From: an uncultured Christensenellaceae bacterium
GTDB lineage: Bacteria > Bacillota > Clostridia > Christensenellales > UBA3700
DNA: 64,000 nucleotides
Assembly (NCBI GenBank): GCA_944383905.1
Contig: CALWRI010000002.1
Coordinates: 36,913-100,912 of the forward strand
Direction: 5' to 3'
Shown: piece after piece, positions 16,430 to 25,564 of the stretch
Layout: each line of letters opens with the position of its first letter
How positions within the stretch are numbered: the stretch's first letter is position 1
Program-made: the position numbers and the translations under genes
The notes under the pieces: generated by a model
What the model saw: only the letters and a program-made list of their open reading frames with translations
Database searches by the model: none
Told to the model about the DNA's origin: nothing

Positions 16430-17059
16430 TTATTTGTCAAAATCGAAAAATCCTTCACCCGTGTAGGTTATACTCGCTTTTCCGAAAGACAGATCGGTCA
16501 GTTTTTCTATCAGTGCTTCCGCATCTTTTTCGGGTACTGCAAACGCCGTTGCGACGTCTTCGCCGTATTCCGTCGACGTGACCTGCGCGCACTTCGCGAT
16601 CTCGTCGGACAGCCTCCTGAAATCGGAATAATCGCAGGAGACCTCATAATATTTCGCAAAGTCGTATCTCGCGATCCGCGCGTTGTCGAGAGCCTCGGAT
16701 ACGCTCCTCGAATAGGCGCTCACAAGGCCTCCCGCCCCCAGCTTCACGCCCCCGAAATAGCGCGTGACGACGGCGAGCGTCATCCTGAAATTTCTCTTTT
16801 TAAGCACCTCGAGCATAGGAATCCCCGCAGTCCCCTGCGGCTCTCCGTCGTCCGAAAAGCGCTGTTCGGTATTCTCTCTGTTGGATACGAACGCATAGCA
16901 GTTGTGCGTCGCGTCCGAATACTTTTTGGATATGCGTTTTATTTCTTCGAAAGCCTGCTCCGCGCTGTCAACGGGAACGAGCGTCGTGATGAAACGCGAC
17001 CTGTTGATCACGATCTCGCTTTCGCTCTCGCCCCTGACGCAGTAGTAGGATTCTTTCAT
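16430..17059 (-). CDS. YigZ/IMPACT-family protein
   Basis: [30 protein letters not shown]...ATHNCYAFV...[14 protein letters not shown]. The ATGA overlap with the tyrS stop fixes the start at 17059. Confidence 0.8.
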   Translation of the reverse strand: MKESYYCVRGESESEIVINRSRFITTLVPVDSAEQAFEEIKRISKKYSDATHNCYAFVSNRENTEQRFSDDGEPQGTAGIPMLEVLKKRNFRMTLAVVTRYFGGVKLGAGGLVSAYSRSVSEALDNARIARYDFAKYYEVSCDYSDFRRLSDEIAKCAQVTSTEYGEDVATAFAVPEKDAEALIEKLTDLSFGKASITYTGEGFFDFDK

Positions 17060-18270
17060 TGCGCCTTGACTCTGACGTGCACTTTCTTGCCCTTGTGCAA
17101 TATGACGCCCTTTTCGAGCCTCTCGTCGCTGACGACGTAATCGAAACCTTCGACCTTTTCGTCGTCCACTTTTACACCGCCGCCGCTGATAAGATTTCTC
17201 GCTTCGCTCTTGGACTTGCATACGCCGACGGCGCACATTATGTCGATGACGTTGTTGACGCCTTTAGCCACGATAGCCTCGGGCATATCGTCGCCCGCGC
17301 CGCCGAACGCCGCTCTCGCCTGCGCTTTGGCTTTGTCCGCTTCTTCTTTGCCGTGGACTATCGCGGTGACTTCGTAAGCGAGTCTCTCCTTTGCCGCGTT
17401 AATGCGCTCGTCGCGGTATCTGCAAAGCTCCGCTATCTCGTCGAGATCGATGAACGTGAGCAGTTTGAGGCACTTTTCGACGTCCTCGTCCGCGGTGTTT
17501 CTCCAATACTGATAAAAATCGTAGGGAGAGGTCTTCGCGGGATCGAGCCATACCGCACCCGCCTGCGTCTTGCCCATCTTCTTGCCCTCGCTCGTCGTGA
17601 GGAGCGCAAATGTCATCGCAAACGCCGGAGCGCCTTCCTTTCTCCTTATCAGATCCGCGCCCGCCAGAATGTTGGACCACTGATCGTCGCCGCCGCATTC
17701 GAGCTTGCAGCCGTAATGCTTGAAAAGATACAGGAAGTCGTATGCCTGCAAAAGCATATAGCTGAATTCAAAGAAAGAGAGCCCCCTTTCCATGCGGGTC
17801 TTGAAACATTCCGCGGTAAGCATCTTGTTGACAGAGAAACTTGCGCCGATGTCCCTCATGAATTCGAGGAAATTGAGATTGTCGAGCCAATCCGCGTTGT
17901 TTACCATTATCGCCGCGTTCTCGCCCTCGAAGGAGAAGAACCTTGACATCTGTTTTTTGAAACACTCGCAGTTGTGATTTATCGTTTCGTTCGTCATCAT
18001 GCGGCGCATATCCGTTCTGCCGGAAGGATCGCCGATCTTGCCGGTGCCGCCGCCGATGAGAACTATCGGCTTGTGTCCCGCTTTCTGCATATGGCTCATA
18101 GCCATAAGAGCGAGAAAATGTCCGACGTGCAGACTGTCCGCAGTCGGGTCGAATCCTATATAAAACGGTACGCTCTCCTTGCCGAGCATTTCGTAGAGCT
18201 CGTCCTCGAAAACCACCTGTTTGATAAAACCTCTGGCTTTCAGCGTGTCCATTATGTTCGTGCCGTTCAT
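17056..18270 (-). CDS. tyrS: tyrosine--tRNA ligase
   Basis: 404-aa ORF with [13 protein letters not shown] (HIGH), KMGKT (KMSKS-type) and a C-terminal S4 domain. Confidence 0.92.
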   Translation of the reverse strand: MNGTNIMDTLKARGFIKQVVFEDELYEMLGKESVPFYIGFDPTADSLHVGHFLALMAMSHMQKAGHKPIVLIGGGTGKIGDPSGRTDMRRMMTNETINHNCECFKKQMSRFFSFEGENAAIMVNNADWLDNLNFLEFMRDIGASFSVNKMLTAECFKTRMERGLSFFEFSYMLLQAYDFLYLFKHYGCKLECGGDDQWSNILAGADLIRRKEGAPAFAMTFALLTTSEGKKMGKTQAGAVWLDPAKTSPYDFYQYWRNTADEDVEKCLKLLTFIDLDEIAELCRYRDERINAAKERLAYEVTAIVHGKEEADKAKAQARAAFGGAGDDMPEAIVAKGVNNVIDIMCAVGVCKSKSEARNLISGGGVKVDDEKVEGFDYVVSDERLEKGVILHKGKKVHVRVKAQ

Positions 18271-18300
18271 TTTTTACTCCTTAAATATACGTTTGCAATA

Positions 18301-18329
18301 ATTATACCACCCTTTTTTTGCGTTGTAAA
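18301..18329 (-). promoter_or_regulatory. sigma-A-like promoter of tyrS
   Basis: On the minus strand: TTTACA, a 17-nt spacer, then TGgTATAAT (extended -10). Confidence 0.6.
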
Positions 18330-18428
18330 ACGATATTTTCTTTTTTTATTCAAATATCGGACTGTTTTTTGCGGCGCATGCATAGTTTTTTGTCAAACGC
18401 ACACCTTAACGACAAAGAGAGGTGCGTT

Positions 18429-19118
18429 ATGAAACGAAACAACAACTATCTTCTTCTGCTCGCGTTACTGCTGATCGTCGTCGCGGCGCTGGCTCTGTGG
18501 GGTTGCGAAAATGGAGAATCCGCAAACGCGACTTACACCCCCGAAGACTTTGTGTCGCTCGACAACTTCACGCTCAGAACGAACACGAAAAAGAACAGCG
18601 TGATGAGGTATGATAAATCGGAAGAAGGACTTTTTTATTCTTCAACTTATATAGGCGAAGGACATACCAACACCGTTTATTACGCGTTTGAAAAGGACCG
18701 TAACAGAGAATACAGCGAAGGCGCGTGGAAGGACGTCGAGGACTCCGACCGCGACAAATACGTTGACTCGATCGAAAACGCATGCGGACTGATATACAAC
18801 AAGCTCGATCCGACGCAATTTGAGGAAATAAAGGGCAAAAAGCTAAAATTCGGCGTCGAACCTCACGCCTTTTTCAAACAGGCATACAGACAGATATACC
18901 AAAACTATTATGGCACGGATTATGACGAAAAGACGTTTGACGAAGACTTCGAGCAAAACGCCCCTACCCTTTTCGGGGATATGGACGACTTTGAGATAAT
19001 TCTCGACTGTTCACAGTCGGACAGACTCGTTCTCGAGATCAAAAACGACAGAGACGGAAGCAGCGATATTTACGAATATTACGCTATCGGAAAGACGGAG
19101 ATTTCTCTGCCGGAATGA
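18429..19118 (+). CDS. secreted protein or lipoprotein of unknown function
   Basis: Signal peptide MKRNNNYLLLLALLLIVVAALALWGCENG, preceded by RBS GAGAGG. I recognise no catalytic motif. Confidence 0.6.
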   Translation: MKRNNNYLLLLALLLIVVAALALWGCENGESANATYTPEDFVSLDNFTLRTNTKKNSVMRYDKSEEGLFYSSTYIGEGHTNTVYYAFEKDRNREYSEGAWKDVEDSDRDKYVDSIENACGLIYNKLDPTQFEEIKGKKLKFGVEPHAFFKQAYRQIYQNYYGTDYDEKTFDEDFEQNAPTLFGDMDDFEIILDCSQSDRLVLEIKNDRDGSSDIYEYYAIGKTEISLPE

Positions 19119-19237
19119 CGGGGACGGCACATGCCGTCTCCCCGCGCGCTCCGCTTACATACCTGCGTCCGTCCCGACGTCAGCGGGCGGCTTCCCACGT
19201 GCGCATATAATTTTTTACGCTATCTCCCGAAAATTCT

Positions 19238-19266
19238 TTGATATTTTTTTGACTATATGATATAAT
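19238..19266 (+). promoter_or_regulatory. sigma-A-like promoter of the NifU-like/GGGtGRT operon
   Basis: TTGATA, a 17-nt spacer, then TGaTATAAT (extended -10). Confidence 0.6.
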
Positions 19267-19304
19267 CCAATCAATGCAAGAAATTTTTAAGGAGGATTTT
19301 CCTA

Positions 19305-19997
19305 ATGGAATATTCACGCGAAGTTCTGAATATGTGCAAAGTTGCCAAAGGCGCGAATCACGGTCCTGCTCCTATCCCCGAAGAAGCCAGATGGGTTCAG
19401 GCGAAAGAGATCAAGGATATCAGCGGTTTCACCCACGGCGTAGGCTGGTGCGCTCCGCAGCAGGGCGCTTGCAAGCTGTCGCTCAACGTCAAAAACGGCG
19501 TAATCGAGGAGGCTCTCGTCGAGACTCTCGGCTGCTCCGGCATGACCCACTCCGCAGCTATGGCGGCTGAAATACTGCCCGGCAAGACCATTCTCGAAGC
19601 GCTCAACACCGACCTCGTATGCGACGCTATCAACACCGCTATGAGAGAGCTGTTCCTTCAGATCGTCTACGGCCGCACGCAGTCCGCTTTCTCCGAAAAC
19701 GGCCTCAACATCGGCAGCGGTCTCGAAGACCTCGGCAAGGGTCTCCGTTCGCAGGTCGGCACGATGTACAGCACCAACGCAAAAGGCGTGCGCTACCTTG
19801 AGATGGCAGAGGGTTACGTCACCCACATCGGTCTCGACAAGGACAACCAGGTCATCGGCTACGAATTCGTCAACCTCGGCAAGATGATGGAAGACATCAA
19901 AAACGGCATGGACGCCAACGAAGCTGTCAAAAAGCATACGAAGAGCTACGGCAGATACAACGAGGCGGTCAAGAAGATCGACCCGCGCAAGGAATAA
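19305..19997 (+). CDS. NifU/IscU N-terminal-like Fe-S scaffold-type protein with a ~100-aa C-terminal extension
   Basis: 230-aa ORF. GWCAPQQGACKLSLNVKNGVIEEALVETLGCSGMTHSAAMAAEILPGKTILEAL resembles the IscU fold, with Cys residues at scaffold-like positions. RBS is AAGGAGG. Confidence 0.65.
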   Translation: MEYSREVLNMCKVAKGANHGPAPIPEEARWVQAKEIKDISGFTHGVGWCAPQQGACKLSLNVKNGVIEEALVETLGCSGMTHSAAMAAEILPGKTILEALNTDLVCDAINTAMRELFLQIVYGRTQSAFSENGLNIGSGLEDLGKGLRSQVGTMYSTNAKGVRYLEMAEGYVTHIGLDKDNQVIGYEFVNLGKMMEDIKNGMDANEAVKKHTKSYGRYNEAVKKIDPRKE

Positions 19998-20011
19998 GGA
20001 GGTAATGACTT

Positions 20012-21013
20012 ATGGCAGTTACGTTTGAAAGTTATGAAAGAAGAATAGACAAGATCAACAAGTGCCTCGCCGAATACGGCATCAAGGATCTGGAAGACGC
20101 CAGAAAAGTCTGCCTCGACAAGGGCATCGACGTTGAAAGCATCGTCAAAGGCATCCAGCCCATCGCTTTTGAAAACGCGGTCTGGGCTTACACCGTCGGC
20201 TGTGCGGTCGCTATAAAGAAGAATTGCAAAAAGGCAAGCGACGCGGCTGAAGCGATCGGTATCGGTCTGCAGAGCTTCTGCATCCCCGGTTCCGTTGCAG
20301 ACCAGCGCAAAGTCGGTCTCGGACACGGCAACCTCGCAGCTATGCTGCTGAGAGAACAGACCAAGTGCTTCGCGTTCCTCGCGGGACACGAATCCTTTGC
20401 GGCGGCAGAAGGCGCTATCGGTATCGCCCGCACCGCTAACACGGTCAGAAAAGAGCCCCTTCAGGTCATCCTCAACGGTCTCGGCAAGGATGCGGCGCAG
20501 ATCATAAGCCGTATCAACGGTTTCACCTACGTTCAGACCAAACTCGACTACTACACCGGCGAGCTCAAGATCGTCAACACAACATCTTACAGCAGCGGCG
20601 AACGCAGCAAGGTCAGAGTTTACGGCGCTGACGACGTCGTCGAAGGCGTTGAGATCATGAAACACGAGAAAGTTGACGTTTCCATCACCGGCAACTCCAC
20701 CAACCCGACCAGATTCCAGCACCCCGTTGCGGGCACCTACAAGAAATGGTGCGTCGAGAACGGCAAAAAGTACTTCTCCGTTGCAAGCGGCGGCGGCACC
20801 GGTCGTACCCTGCACCCGGACAACATGGCTGCGGGTCCCGCAAGCTACGGCATGACGGACACGATGGGACGTATGCACAGCGACGCACAGTTCGCAGGCA
20901 GCTCCTCCGTTCCCGCACACGTCGAGATGATGGGTCTTATCGGCATGGGCAACAACCCGATGGTCGGCGCAAGCGTTGCATGCGCGGTCGCGGTCGAAAA
21001 GGCTATGGCTTAA
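20012..21013 (+). CDS. GGGtGRT-family protein (function unknown)
   Basis: 333-aa ORF. The eponymous motif SGGGTGRT is encoded at 20789-20809. RBS is AAGGAGG. It starts 14 nt after the NifU-like gene. Confidence 0.85.
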   Translation: MAVTFESYERRIDKINKCLAEYGIKDLEDARKVCLDKGIDVESIVKGIQPIAFENAVWAYTVGCAVAIKKNCKKASDAAEAIGIGLQSFCIPGSVADQRKVGLGHGNLAAMLLREQTKCFAFLAGHESFAAAEGAIGIARTANTVRKEPLQVILNGLGKDAAQIISRINGFTYVQTKLDYYTGELKIVNTTSYSSGERSKVRVYGADDVVEGVEIMKHEKVDVSITGNSTNPTRFQHPVAGTYKKWCVENGKKYFSVASGGGTGRTLHPDNMAAGPASYGMTDTMGRMHSDAQFAGSSSVPAHVEMMGLIGMGNNPMVGASVACAVAVEKAMA

Positions 21014-21043
21014 CTTTTCAGGAACAACGCAAAATAAACAAAA

Positions 21044-21069
21044 GGGACCGTCAAAAGCGGTCCTTTTTT
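21044..21069 (+). terminator. rho-independent terminator of the GGGtGRT operon
   Basis: GGACCG-tcaaaag-CGGTCC followed by T6. Confidence 0.8.
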
Positions 21070-21218
21070 ATTGTCTGTTTGCCGTTCTCGTCGCGTATTG
21101 ACTTCTTCCTCCGCGATTTCGGAGACTGCTCGAGATCGGAAATCCGCGCCCTTTTGCAGGCTTTTCCCGTTTTCAACGATAACGTCTCTTTCCGGAATCT
21201 TCAGCCCTTCTGACCGGC

Positions 21219-21247
21219 AAAAAAATTCCCGCGACTATGCGCGGGAA
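21219..21247 (-). terminator. rho-independent terminator of the TetR gene
   Basis: On the minus strand: TTCCCGCG-catagt-CGCGGGAA followed by T7. Confidence 0.8.
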
Positions 21248-21272
21248 ACACATGCCTGCCCGTCCGACGGAA

Positions 21273-21848
21273 TCAATCCGCTTTTTTTGCGTATTTCTCC
21301 CTGAACATTCCGACCGCCGCTTCGATCATTCCTATCTGCAGCAAAAGATATTCTTCGTCCTCAAACAGCGCATAGTGCACGCTCGCCCTGACGAAAGAAT
21401 AGATCAACGGCTGAATGACCTGCCAGGGTATGCCCAGCTTCGGCTCAAGCGACTTTGCATAATCGGTATAGCGTTTGGTCACTCCTTTGAAGAATTCCTT
21501 GCCATGCTCGAGATAACTCGGTGACGTATAGACCTGATACATAAAGCGGTATTTCTCGCCGTGTTTCTTTGCTGTCCAATAAGGGATCTCGTGCAGGAAA
21601 CGCGGCACGTCGTCAAAGCTCTTCGGAGCGTTTTCCATAAAGTCGTCCTCGACTTTCGCCATGCTATACGCGGTTGAATCGATTATTATCTCGTCCTTCG
21701 TCCCGAAATAATGAAATATATTACCCGAACTCATGCCGCAGGCTTCGGCAAGCATTTTCGTCGACGTGGCTTCGAGACCGTTTTTACAAAAGCAGTCAAA
21801 ACATTTTTCGAGAAGTTCGTCTCTCTTGTTCGGATTCTTTTTCCTCAT
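21273..21848 (-). CDS. TetR/AcrR-family transcriptional regulator
   Basis: 191-aa ORF with an N-terminal HTH: RDELLEKCFDCFCKNGLEATSTKMLAEACGMSSGNIFHYFGTKDEI. Confidence 0.85.
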   Translation of the reverse strand: MRKKNPNKRDELLEKCFDCFCKNGLEATSTKMLAEACGMSSGNIFHYFGTKDEIIIDSTAYSMAKVEDDFMENAPKSFDDVPRFLHEIPYWTAKKHGEKYRFMYQVYTSPSYLEHGKEFFKGVTKRYTDYAKSLEPKLGIPWQVIQPLIYSFVRASVHYALFEDEEYLLLQIGMIEAAVGMFREKYAKKAD

Positions 21849-21965
21849 ATCTTTACTCCTTTGAAGTCGACGGAATTTAGCCGGTCCGTTCAGTATTTAC
21901 CATAAAGTCGCGACATCTCCCGCTCGTCGCAGAGATAATGTCGCCAATCTCCCACGTCTTTCCCG

Positions 21966-22247
21966 TCAGGCAAAGACGAACGTCAGTATCGTAACGGCAA
22001 CGGCAGTTGCCGCGAACAGCGGAACGAGCACGCAGAATTTCGCATGTTTCGTCTTGTGACGACAAAGCGCCATGCCGAGCAATCCTCCGACTCCGCCCAT
22101 AAAAAAACTCGCGCCGAGCAACGTCGACTCGGGGATCCTGCGCCTTTTTCTTTTCGCCAAATACTTGTCGGTCGCGAAAAGTGCAAAAGTAACGACGGTC
22201 ATCGTCGCGAAAACGACAGTGACCGCGATCTCCGGGACAGTCATCAT
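21966..22247 (-). CDS. DUF1294 membrane protein
   Basis: FATDKYLAKRKRRRIPESTLLGASFFMGGVGGLLGMALCRHKTKHAKF. The ATGA overlap with the upstream gene fixes the start at 22247. Confidence 0.75.
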   Translation of the reverse strand: MMTVPEIAVTVVFATMTVVTFALFATDKYLAKRKRRRIPESTLLGASFFMGGVGGLLGMALCRHKTKHAKFCVLVPLFAATAVAVTILTFVFA

Positions 22248-23341
22248 TGCAACACGAACGTCATCGTCGCGGGGTTGTGATCGCTGTACAAAAAGTCGTT
22301 GTCGATATTCACGCAACCGACCACCGTGACGTTGTCGGACACTATAAATCCGTCGAGTACGACCGAATAGTTGACTCCTTTCTCATACGGGATATCCGTA
22401 CTGCGGCAGGTCGGAGCGTTTGTCGAAGCGACAAACGAAAACCCTTCCGCGAGGTCGTCGTCGGACAGAGAAAACACCCAGTCCGGGCGCTTTTGCTGCG
22501 TTTCGAACAAGCCGTCGCTTGCCGCTATATCGTGATTGAAGTCGCCGCCCACTATAACGTAATTGCCCTTCTCTTTTTCCTGCGTCAGAAACGCGTTGAG
22601 CGTTTCGAGCTGCTGCTGACGTATAGTGCCGCCCTCGTCGTATGCCGACATATGACTGTTCACTACGACGAGCTCCTTGCCGTTTTCAAGCGCGTAACGC
22701 GTGACGACGAAACATCTGTCGAGATCGAAATATTTGCTGAAATCGGTCGCAAGCGGATATTGTCTGCGAAGTGCGCTCGCCATTTGATATTTACTGTAAG
22801 AAGCAAGCCCCGTCAAGCTCTTGCCGTGCGGATCGGTGATCGGATAGAACAGAAACGCGCTGTCGTAACAGATGCCGAGATTTCTCGACATCTCCGCCCC
22901 GAAAGTGGAATTGAAAATCGCGTTTTGATCGACGTGATAACTGCGCGTCGAATCTATATCCACTTCCTGAAGCAACACGAAGTCGTAATCTCCGTCCGCG
23001 ATCAATTGCGCCGAGCCGTTGATATTTTCGAGTACGACCTCCTTGCTCGCGGCTTTGCTGTTCTTGCCCGTGACCTTCGTGCCATCCTTCATCACGCCGC
23101 TGTCCATGAAGAATGAAAACGCGTGATTGTACGCGCCGAAACCCACGTTGTAAGTGGCAATCGTATACTCCTTCCCCGTTTGTACGGCAAGCGAAGTATT
23201 GTTCTCGATTTCAAGGGTCTGGTTGTCGGGTATTCTGTAATAAGAGATCGCGACGTAACAAACGTAACCGATAACTACGGCAATCAAAAGCGCGATCAGA
23301 GTGATAAGGACGCGCGCGGTAACGGACACAAATTTTTTCAT
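22244..23341 (-). CDS. endonuclease/exonuclease/phosphatase (EEP) family protein, membrane-anchored
   Basis: 365-aa ORF with an N-terminal TM helix, plus LLQEVD, NSHMSAY, GGDFNHD and SDHNP motifs. Confidence 0.8.
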   Translation of the reverse strand: MKKFVSVTARVLITLIALLIAVVIGYVCYVAISYYRIPDNQTLEIENNTSLAVQTGKEYTIATYNVGFGAYNHAFSFFMDSGVMKDGTKVTGKNSKAASKEVVLENINGSAQLIADGDYDFVLLQEVDIDSTRSYHVDQNAIFNSTFGAEMSRNLGICYDSAFLFYPITDPHGKSLTGLASYSKYQMASALRRQYPLATDFSKYFDLDRCFVVTRYALENGKELVVVNSHMSAYDEGGTIRQQQLETLNAFLTQEKEKGNYVIVGGDFNHDIAASDGLFETQQKRPDWVFSLSDDDLAEGFSFVASTNAPTCRSTDIPYEKGVNYSVVLDGFIVSDNVTVVGCVNIDNDFLYSDHNPATMTFVLQ

Positions 23342-23510
23342 ATCTCACCTCTCAATCACAAAGATCTGTCGTCGGTATATTACAATTATAAATCCGTGCG
23401 GAAAATAAGTCAACCCGCAACCCCGCCGCGGCGTTCCGCAGGCAACTCAAATGCTTCTCGCCTCGGTTTCGCGGCGCAAAAGCCGTTTTGGTTCTCAAAA
23501 GAGATCTTTA

Positions 23511-24362
23511 TCAGAAATCCGCCTCGTCGGGATGCTGACCTCTGCCTCCGAACGGTCTCATATAGTCGATAAAGTACATATCCGAAAGCGAGATCTCAAA
23601 ATCGAACACATCGGCGTTTTCCGACATTCTGTCTCCCCTTACCGATTTGGGAAGAGGAACCGCGCCGTGCTGAAGCGCCCATCTGACGGCAAGCTGCGCG
23701 GGAGTTTTGCCGTATTTGTGCGCCATTGCGACGATCTCGTCGTTTTCAAGCACTTCACCTCTGCCGAGAGGTCTGTACGCCTCGACGAGAATATCGTTTT
23801 CCTTGCAGAATGCAACGACGTCGAACTGCGGATACCCGGGGTGCATTTCTATCTGATCGACGGCGGGTCTGACCGTACAGTTTTCGAGTATGCTCAAAAT
23901 ATGGTGAGGCAGGAAGTTGGAAAGACCTATGCTCTTCACCTTTCCGCTTGCCTTTATCTCCTCAAACGCCTTCCAGGTGTCGCAGTTGATCTTTTGCCAA
24001 TCGCTGAAATTCTTCGCATTTGCCGGCCAATGTATCAAAAAGAGATCGATATAGTCGAGACCGAGGTTTGAAAGGCTCTTTTCAAAGCCCGCGAGCGCGC
24101 TCTTGTAACCTCTGTCCGTACCCCAGAGCTTGCTCGTGACGAAGATCTCTTCTCTCGGCACCTTGCTGTCTCTTATCGCCTTTCCGACGCCCTTCTCGTT
24201 GCCGTAAATAAATGCCGTGTCGACATGGCGGTATCCGAGACCGAGCGCCTCGCGCACACAGCCGTACGCCGCGTCGTCATCGGCTATCTTGAAAGTGCCG
24301 TATCCGACGCACGGTATACTGTTCCCGTCGTTCATAACAAAGCGATCGCTTAAATCTTTCAT
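23511..24362 (-). CDS. aldo/keto reductase
   Basis: Contains GYGTFKI, GYRHVDTAFIYGNE, LDYIDLFLIHWP and IPKS-like LPKSVR. The ATG at 24362 (MKDLSDRF) is preferred. Confidence 0.88.
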   Translation of the reverse strand: MKDLSDRFVMNDGNSIPCVGYGTFKIADDDAAYGCVREALGLGYRHVDTAFIYGNEKGVGKAIRDSKVPREEIFVTSKLWGTDRGYKSALAGFEKSLSNLGLDYIDLFLIHWPANAKNFSDWQKINCDTWKAFEEIKASGKVKSIGLSNFLPHHILSILENCTVRPAVDQIEMHPGYPQFDVVAFCKENDILVEAYRPLGRGEVLENDEIVAMAHKYGKTPAQLAVRWALQHGAVPLPKSVRGDRMSENADVFDFEISLSDMYFIDYMRPFGGRGQHPDEADF

Positions 24363-24809
24363 GTTTCCTCCGATTGCCGCGCCGAATAAAGCGCGCAGCC
24401 GTATAGATTCAGTATACCAAAACAACGGCATACAAGCAATATTAATTCGGAAATATAATAAAAAAAATGTTTGCGCTTTTTACTCTTTTTTTTCTCGTTT
24501 TTTCAATCGCGGACTCTCAAGAAAAATCATGAGACGACATCTATTTTTTAATGTGGCTATGTTAAACGCTCGTTGCTCCTCTTTTTTTGCGAAAATGCGG
24601 CGCAAATCGCAAAAATCGCACGAAAAAACGGCTGTTTTTTCAAAATGCGTATTGACAACGACTTTTTCAAATGTTTTAATATATTTAAGGAATAATATGA
24701 CGCTTGACGGGTTCAGAGGCGGATAAACCCTACCGCATTCGACGCGCAAAAACGCGCACACGGCTCAATGCGGGGGTTAGTCTCCCCGCCAGACGTAAAG
24801 GAGAAAATT

Positions 24810-25421
24810 ATGGACAAAGTCATTACGATAAGCCGTCAGTTCGGCAGCGGAGGAAGAGAATTCGGCATAAAGCTCGCGCAGGCTCTCGGCATTCCTTTTT
24901 ACGACAAAGAGCTGATCTCTCTTGCCGCGCAAGGCACCGCAATGTGCGAAGAATTCTTGCAACATCACGAAGAAAGCGCTCCTTCTATGCTCTCGGGAGT
25001 GTTTTACTCCACTTATTTTATGCCAATGTCCGATCAGATCTATATCGCGCAGAGCAACGCAATCAAGGAAATTGCAAAAAAAGGTCCCTGCGTCATACTC
25101 GGAAGATGCGCGGACGCGATCCTCGAAGACTCCGTCAAGATATACGTCCACGCAGATCTGAAAAAACGCGTTGCGCGCAAAAACGCGCTCAACCTCGGCA
25201 TCGAGCCCGAAAAGATGGAAGCTCACGTCAAAAAAATCGACAAGAAGCGCAAGAAATATTACGAGTTTTACACCTACCAGAAATGGGGCATGGCAGAAAA
25301 CCACAATCTCTGCCTCGACAGCGGTCAGATCGGCATAGACGGTTGCGTAAAGACCACCCTCGCCTATCTTGCGAGCATCGACGAGCACACCCCGCTCGAA
25401 GATCCGGGTCAACACGGCTGA
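24810..25421 (+). CDS. cytidylate kinase-like family protein
   Basis: MDKVITISRQFGSGGREFGIKLAQALGIPFYDKELI, preceded by RBS AAGGAG. Confidence 0.8.
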   Translation: MDKVITISRQFGSGGREFGIKLAQALGIPFYDKELISLAAQGTAMCEEFLQHHEESAPSMLSGVFYSTYFMPMSDQIYIAQSNAIKEIAKKGPCVILGRCADAILEDSVKIYVHADLKKRVARKNALNLGIEPEKMEAHVKKIDKKRKKYYEFYTYQKWGMAENHNLCLDSGQIGIDGCVKTTLAYLASIDEHTPLEDPGQHG

Positions 25422-25564
25422 TAACGTACGGCAGGTCTTCGACACCCTGGCTTTGCGGCAACGGAAAACGACGACGTTTTCTCATTCATTGCACCGACAA
25501 AACGAAACGCACCCGAAAAGGGCGCGTTTTTAATTTGCCTGATATTCCGCTCACACGCGGCATT

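Noticed and set aside
18301-18312. ATACCACCCT upstream of tyrS, which reverse-complements to AGGGTGGTAT and looks like the start of a T-box sequence.
   Set aside because: The ACCGCG continuation, the Stem I elements and the terminator are all missing. The string is better explained as the extended -10 box (TGgTATAAT) of the tyrS promoter, which leaves only a ~30-nt leader.
19120-19146. Hairpin GGGGACGGCA..TGCCGTCTCCCC after the lipoprotein gene, considered as a terminator.
   Set aside because: No U-run follows it (the next bases are GCGCGCTCC). It may pause or stabilise the transcript, but I did not call it a rho-independent terminator.
24700-24790. Assignment of the cytidylate-kinase-like leader to a known riboswitch class (ZTP/pfl, guanidine-I/II/III, c-di-GMP-I, preQ1).
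   Set aside because: Only fragmentary resemblances exist, such as GGCGGATAAACCC versus the ykkC GGGATAAAAGCCC, and CCGCCAGACG versus the ZTP CCGCCTGGGC. The core conserved nucleotides of each class are missing. It is kept only as an unclassified structured leader.
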